Source: Rebecca billardiae RCC1528
Lineage: Eukaryota > Protista > Haptophyta
DNA length: 64,000 bases
Direction: 5' to 3'
Assembly: GCA_965240325.2 (NCBI GenBank)
Contig: OZ251247.1
Location: forward strand, 806,001-870,000
The translations under genes and the position numbers were made by a program. This document shows positions 58,612-64,000 of this stretch, piece by piece. The notes under the pieces are model-generated. The model was given only the letters and a program-made list of their open reading frames with translations, ran no database searches and had not been told where the DNA came from. Positions within the stretch are counted from its first letter, which is position 1. The number at the start of each line of letters is the position of its first letter.

Positions 58612-61600
58612 ACAACAACAATGGTCGCGGCCTCGACCCAGCAGACATGGCGCTGCGGCGCACGATGCTTCAGATGACGTGCGGGCTGATGCAGGAGCGG
58701 ATCCCGCCGTTCCTCACGAAGCTCTTCCAGATGGTCTCCGCGCCGTCCACCGACGGCTGCATCCGATGGGGGCCCACGGGCGCCTCCTTTGCCATTATCG
58801 ACGTGCGTGCGTGCGCGCCGCCCGGTGGCGCCGACCGCGCCGCGCCGCCTGCCGCCTGCTGCGCGCCGCCTGCCCCCTGCCGCGCGCCGCGCGCCGCTCG
58901 CCGCGTGCCGCGGCGCGGTGTCGCGGGCCCCTGGCGCCGGCTCGGCGGCAGCCCGCGCACGCCGGCCCTCACCGCCCTGCGTCCCCTTCCCCGCGCCACC
59001 GCGCGCGCCACCGCCGCGCCGCAGGTGGAGGCGTTCGCGGCCACTTTACCCACCTACTTCAAGCACAACAACGTGCGGTCCTTTGTGCGGCAGCTCAATA
59101 CGTATGGGTTTCGGAAGCTGACGAATATCTCGGCGCTGGACGAGGCGATGGAGTTCGCGCACGAGCACTTCCGCAAGGACGACTTCTCCGCGCTCGTGCA
59201 CATCCGCCGCTCGCACGCCGCCTCCACCTCGACGGCGGCGGCGAGCGCGGGCGCGAGCGCGGGCGCGGCGGGCGGCGGCGCGGCCGCCGAGCGCGGCGGC
59301 GGTGGCGGGTGTGGCAGTGGCGGCGGCGGCGCCGAGCGCGGCGCGCCGGCGAGCAGCTCGGCGGCGGGCGGCTCGCGCTCGCGCTCGCCCAACCCGCTCA
59401 GATCGCGCTCGCCCACCAACGGCCTCGGGAGATCGCGATCTCCCACGGGCTCGTGCGCACACTCAGGCGCCACGTGGGGCGGGCAGCCGCAGCCGGCGGG
59501 CGGCGGCGGGAGCGGCGGCCGAGATTGCAATCTCGGCGGCGGGAGCGGTGGCGGCGGCGGTGGCGGCGGGGGCGGTGGCGGGAGCGGCGGCGGCTCGCAG
59601 CCCAAGTCGGCGAGCGGCGCGCGGCGCGGTGCTCGGCGCTCGTCGCCCAAGCGGCCGCAGCCGCAGCCGCAGCCGCAGCCGCAGCAGCAGCAGCAGCCGC
59701 CGCAGCCCCAGCAGCCGCAGCAGCAGCAGCAGCAGCCGCCTGCCGCGGACGTGTCCGCGAGCGCTGGCGGCGGCGCAGACGCGGGCGCGTGGCGGCCGCT
59801 CTCGCTGCTCGCGCGTGCCGCCGCCGAGCCGGCACACTGGAGCGGCGGCGGCGCGGCGCGGTTGCAGCCGCAGCCGCAGCCGCAGCCGCAGCCGCTGCCG
59901 GCGGCGCCCGCCTCAGGCGGGCCTAGCGCCAGCGGCGGCGGCGGCGGCGGGCATGGCGGCACGCCGCTCGGCGCCGCGCGCGCGCAGCAGGGCGTCGCGT
60001 GCGCGCCGCACTCCGCGTGCCCGCCGCCCGTCGCCGGCTGCCCTAGCGTCTATCTGGCCGCGGCGGCGGCGGGCGGCGGCCGCTCCGGCGGCGGCGGCCG
60101 CTCCGGCGGCGGCGGCGCCGCGGGGCCGCGCGGCGGCGGCGAGGCGGAGGCGGAGGCTGCGGCGCTGACGGCGGAGATTGGGAACGCCGCGACGGCGCGG
60201 CAGTGCGCGTACTACGCCGAGCAGTCCGCGCTCGTCGCGCCGATCAAGCTCGAGCTCGACGCGCTCTTCGAGCGCGTGCATGCGCTGCAGTCTACTCACG
60301 CCCTCACCGCCTACAAGTGCGTGCAGCGCGGCGCAGCCTGCGCGCGCGTGTGCGCGCGCGTGTGCGTGTGCGTGTGCGCGTGTGTGTGCGTGCGGGTGCG
60401 TGCGTGCGCGTGTGTGCGTGCGTGCGTGTGTGCGGGTGGGCGTGGGCCCAGCGCCCGCGCCGCGTGCTGACCCACACTCCCACACTCCCACGCCCCGCCC
60501 CCGCGCCGCGCAGCTTCGACTCCATGTTGAAGCAGCTGCTCGCCATCGCGCGCGACCCGACGTCCGCGCACGCGCGCGCCGCGGCCGCGCACGTGCGCGC
60601 GGCGATGGAGCGCGACTTTCTGGGCGTGGAGGGCGCGGTGGGCGCGGTGGGCGGCGCGGTCGGCGCCAACTGCTGCGCCGCCGCCGCGCCGCCGCCGGTG
60701 GACGCGGCTGCCAGCGCGGCCGCCCGCATCGCGCACGCGGCGCCGTGCTCGGCGGCGGTGGCGGCGCCGAGCGCCGGCGGCGCGGCGGCGGCCATGCTGG
60801 CGTGCGGTCCGGGGGCCGAGACCGGCGGCGGGCTCGCGCTGCTCGCGCAGGGCTGCATCCCGCAGCTCGCCGTGTCGCCGCCCGCGCAGTGGGCGCTGCC
60901 GCCGGCCTCGCTCGCGCCGCCGCACGCACAACCGTGGGCGCAGCAGCAGCCGCAGCACTCGGCCGGCGGCGGCCATGCTGGCGGCGGCCATGCTGGCGGC
61001 GGCCATGCTGGCGGCAGCCATGCTGAGGGCGGCGGCGCGCTGGGCGCGGCGCAGCACGGCGCGGGCGCGCACGGCGGCTGCGCGCCGTCCAGCCCGCCCT
61101 ACTCGCCCGCGCTCGCCTCGCAGCCGCAGCGCCACGCCGCCGGCAGCATGGCCGCCGGCAGCATGGCCGCCGGCAGCATGGCCGCCGGCAGCATGGCCGC
61201 CGGCAGCATGGCCGCCGGCAGCATGGCCGCCGGCAGCATGGCCGCCGCGTGCGTGAAGGCGGAGGAGGGCGCGGCCGAGTATGGCGCTGCGCAGCCGCGG
61301 GCGCAGCAGCAGCCGCAGTACTACCCGCACTCGCCGCAGCAGCAGCCGCAGCCGCAGCAGTCGCCGCAGCAGCAGCCGCAGCCGCAGCCCGCCGCCAGCG
61401 GCGCGCCCGCCGCGGCGGCCGCGGCGGCGGCGGCCGGCGGCGGCGGCGGGCGTCAGACGGTCGAGTCCTTGCGCGCGGCGTACGCGTCCGAGCTCGCGGC
61501 GCTGCAGGCGCAGATCGACGACCTTCGCGCGCTCTCGGTGCAGCGGGCGAACGCGCACGCGGCCGCGCTCGCCGAGGCCGAGGCGGCGGACCGGGCGGTT

Positions 61601-61649
61601 ATGGCGCGCGGCGCCGAGGCGGGCGCAGACGCGGCCGCCGGCGCGCGCA

Positions 61650-61700
<51 letters not shown>

Positions 61701-63544
61701 TACAGCAGGTGCGTGCCGCGCCGCGCGCATCCCGCGCGCCCGCCCGCCTCCGCTCGCGCTCACCGCGCCACCGCGCCCGCCCCGCGCGGCCCCCACCCCG
61801 GCTGGCGCTCAAAACTATTTTTTTTTAATTTTTCGCGCAGGCAATGCGCACGCAGGGCGTGCTGCAGGTACCGGCGGCGGCGGCGGCCGCGCGCGGCGGC
61901 GGTGGCGGTGGCAGCGGTGGTGGCAGCGCGATGCGCGCGGGCACGCCGCCGCGCGCGCAGCCGCACCCGCCGAGCGCCGCGCTGCCGCCGCACTCGCTGC
62001 CGCCCGCCGCCGCGCAGGCGGGGCCGCATCACGGTTACGGCGGCGGCGGTTACGCCGGTGGCGGTTACGGCGGCGGCGGGTACGCCGGCGGGTACGCGGG
62101 TGGCGCGTACGCGGGCGGCGGCGGGTACGCGTGCGGGGACGCCTCGGGCTTCCAGCCGCAGGTCCTGACGGGCTGGGGCGCGCCGCCGCACGCGGCGCAG
62201 CAGCAGCAGCAGCAGCAGCAGCGCGCAGCCGGCGCGCCGCCGCCCGCGCCGCAGCCGCAGCCGCAGCCGCTCAGCGGCGCGGCAGCCGGCGGCGGCCGCG
62301 CCGCGCCGCCGCCGCCGTCGCAGCAGCAGCAGGCCTGCGCGCTCGGCGGCGGCGGCGGCGCCGCGTACGCCGGCGCCGCGGCGACGAGTGCCTATGGCGC
62401 CACCACCGCGCGCATTGTCAACGCCATGGCGCGCGGCGGCGAGCTGACACGCCTTGCCGACGCGCCGCCGCCGGCCGCGCGCGCGGACGGCGGCGCCGAC
62501 GAGCAAGGCGGTGGATGCGGGGGCGCGGGCGGGCCCGCGCCGATGGCGGTCGACTCGGAGCAGATGCCGCCGCCCGGCGGCGCGGCCGCCGCCGCGGCGT
62601 CGCCGGCCGGCGGCGCGCAGCAGCCGCCGCTCGCGACCGGCGTGAGCTGCGTCGCGCTCGGCGGCGGCGGCGGCGGCGTCGGCGGCGGCGCCGGGGCGGC
62701 GGGCCCTGGCCGGCCTGCGCCGCCCGCGCGGCAGCCCTCGCCGCCTGGCGCCGACGGCGGCTCGCCGCCGCCGCGGCCGGGGCTGACGCCGCCGCAGCCG
62801 CGCTCGCTCGCGCAGCAGCGCTCGGGCGCGGGCGCGAGCGGCGGTGCCCTCGCGCAAGCGTCGCCGCCGCTCGGCGCGCGCGCGGCGCGCGAGGGCGGCG
62901 CCGTCGCGCCGCCGCCGCCCGCCGGCGGCGCAGCGGCCAACGGCTACGCGTCGAACGGCGGCGAGGGCGGCAGCTCCGCCGGCGGGTACGCGACGAACGG
63001 CGGTTACGCGACGAACGGCGGTTACGCGACGAACGGCGGTTACGCCGGCGGTTACAGCGGCGGTTACGCGTCCTCCGCGCACACGGGCGGCGGCAACGGC
63101 CACTCGGCCGCCGCGGCGGCGGCGCAGCAGCAGCAGCCGACGCACGGCGGTGCGCAGCACGCGACGCACGCGGGCGGCCACGGCAACGGCCACTCGGGCG
63201 GCTACTCGGGCTACGTGAGTAACGGCCAGAGTAACGGCCAGAGTAACGGCCACGGCTCGAGCGCAAACAACGGCGGCGGCGGCGGCGCGCGCGGCGGCGG
63301 CGGCGGCGCTGGGCCCGGCGGCGGCGGCACCGCCCACCGCGGCGGCGGCGGCGGCGGCGGCAGCCCGGCGTACTACCAGTCGCTCAACCAGGGCTCGAAC
63401 TCGAACAACGGCGCCCACGGTGGCGGCACGGGCGGCACGCACGGCTCGACGGCCAATAACGGCGGCACCGCCGGCACCGCCAACGGCCAGAGTAACGGCC
63501 AGAGTAACGGCCACGGCCAGGGCTCGAACGGGCACCACCACCAC

Positions 63545-63575
<31 letters not shown>

Positions 63576-63919
63576 CGCGCGGCGACACGGGCGGCGCGCG
63601 CGGCGACCTCTTGTCCCACGCCACCGCCGGCGCCAACGGCGGTGCGTCGGGCCACTCGCGGCGCGCGGGCGGGCGCGGCGGCACGGGCGGCGGCGCGGGC
63701 TTCGCCGCGGGCGAGTCGAACGGGAACGGCCGGCCGCGGCGCTCGCCGCTGCGCGGCGGCGGCTCGGGCGCGGACGGCGGCTCGGGCGGCGCCGCCGAGC
63801 GCGATCGCGACGCGAGCGGCGCCGCCGGCGGCGGAGACGGCTGCGGCGGCGGCGCGGCCGGCGGCGGCTGCGTACACTCGGCGCGCGCGCCCGCGTGTTA
63901 TTGCTCGGCGTCGTGCACG
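58200..63919 (+). CDS. HSF: Heat-shock-factor (HSF DNA-binding domain) transcription factor with long low-complexity regions; 3'-incomplete
   Basis: IPPFLTKLFQMVS..IRWGPTGASFAIID|VEAFAATLPTYFKHNNVRSFVRQLNTYGFRK..EFAHEHFRK. Introns 58803-59024, 60317-60513 and 61709-61840, then a donor at 63920 whose intron runs off the window. Confidence 0.85.
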
Positions 63920-64000
63920 GTGCGCGCCGCGCCGCGCCGCGCCGCGCGTGCGCGCGCCGCCGCGCGTGCGTGCGTGCGTGCGCCGCTGCCGCCGCCGCGC

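Overview
Very GC-rich, intron-containing eukaryotic DNA. The GT-AG introns, low-complexity Ala/Gly/Pro exons and TTAGGG-like intronic repeats suggest a haptophyte-like alga (inference). Most long ORFs in the six-frame track are GC-rich shadow frames. Genes I can reconstruct by reading splice sites: (1) a multi-exon IQ-motif protein (14-7505, +); (2) nine intronless F-box-like + 7-blade RCC1 genes in two clusters (8253-15188, four copies; 34675-47106, five copies, one a pseudogene), with near-identical scaffolds, hypervariable loop codons and mosaic patchwork similarity; (3) between the clusters, one 10-exon gene (33372->20602, -, about 3439 aa) fusing an XopQ/HopQ1-like nucleoside-hydrolase domain, a multi-pass membrane block and a degenerate TIR-like domain; (4) a signal-anchored multi-EF-hand protein and a signal-anchored Cys-rich repeat protein, each head-to-head with an F-box-RCC1 copy; (5) adenosine kinase (55430->51875); (6) an HSF-domain transcription factor that runs off the window. 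Non-autonomous DNA transposons are also present: a foldback element with a 7-bp TSD, a PIF/Harbinger-like element, an 80-bp MITE with a 9-bp TSD and a decayed TIR element. The best candidate for an undescribed system is the 8-47 kb block, which looks like an algal innate-immunity locus: diversifying SCF substrate receptors flanking a hydrolase-TM-TIR receptor. This is inference from architecture. Domain calls come from motif recognition by eye; no database searches were run.
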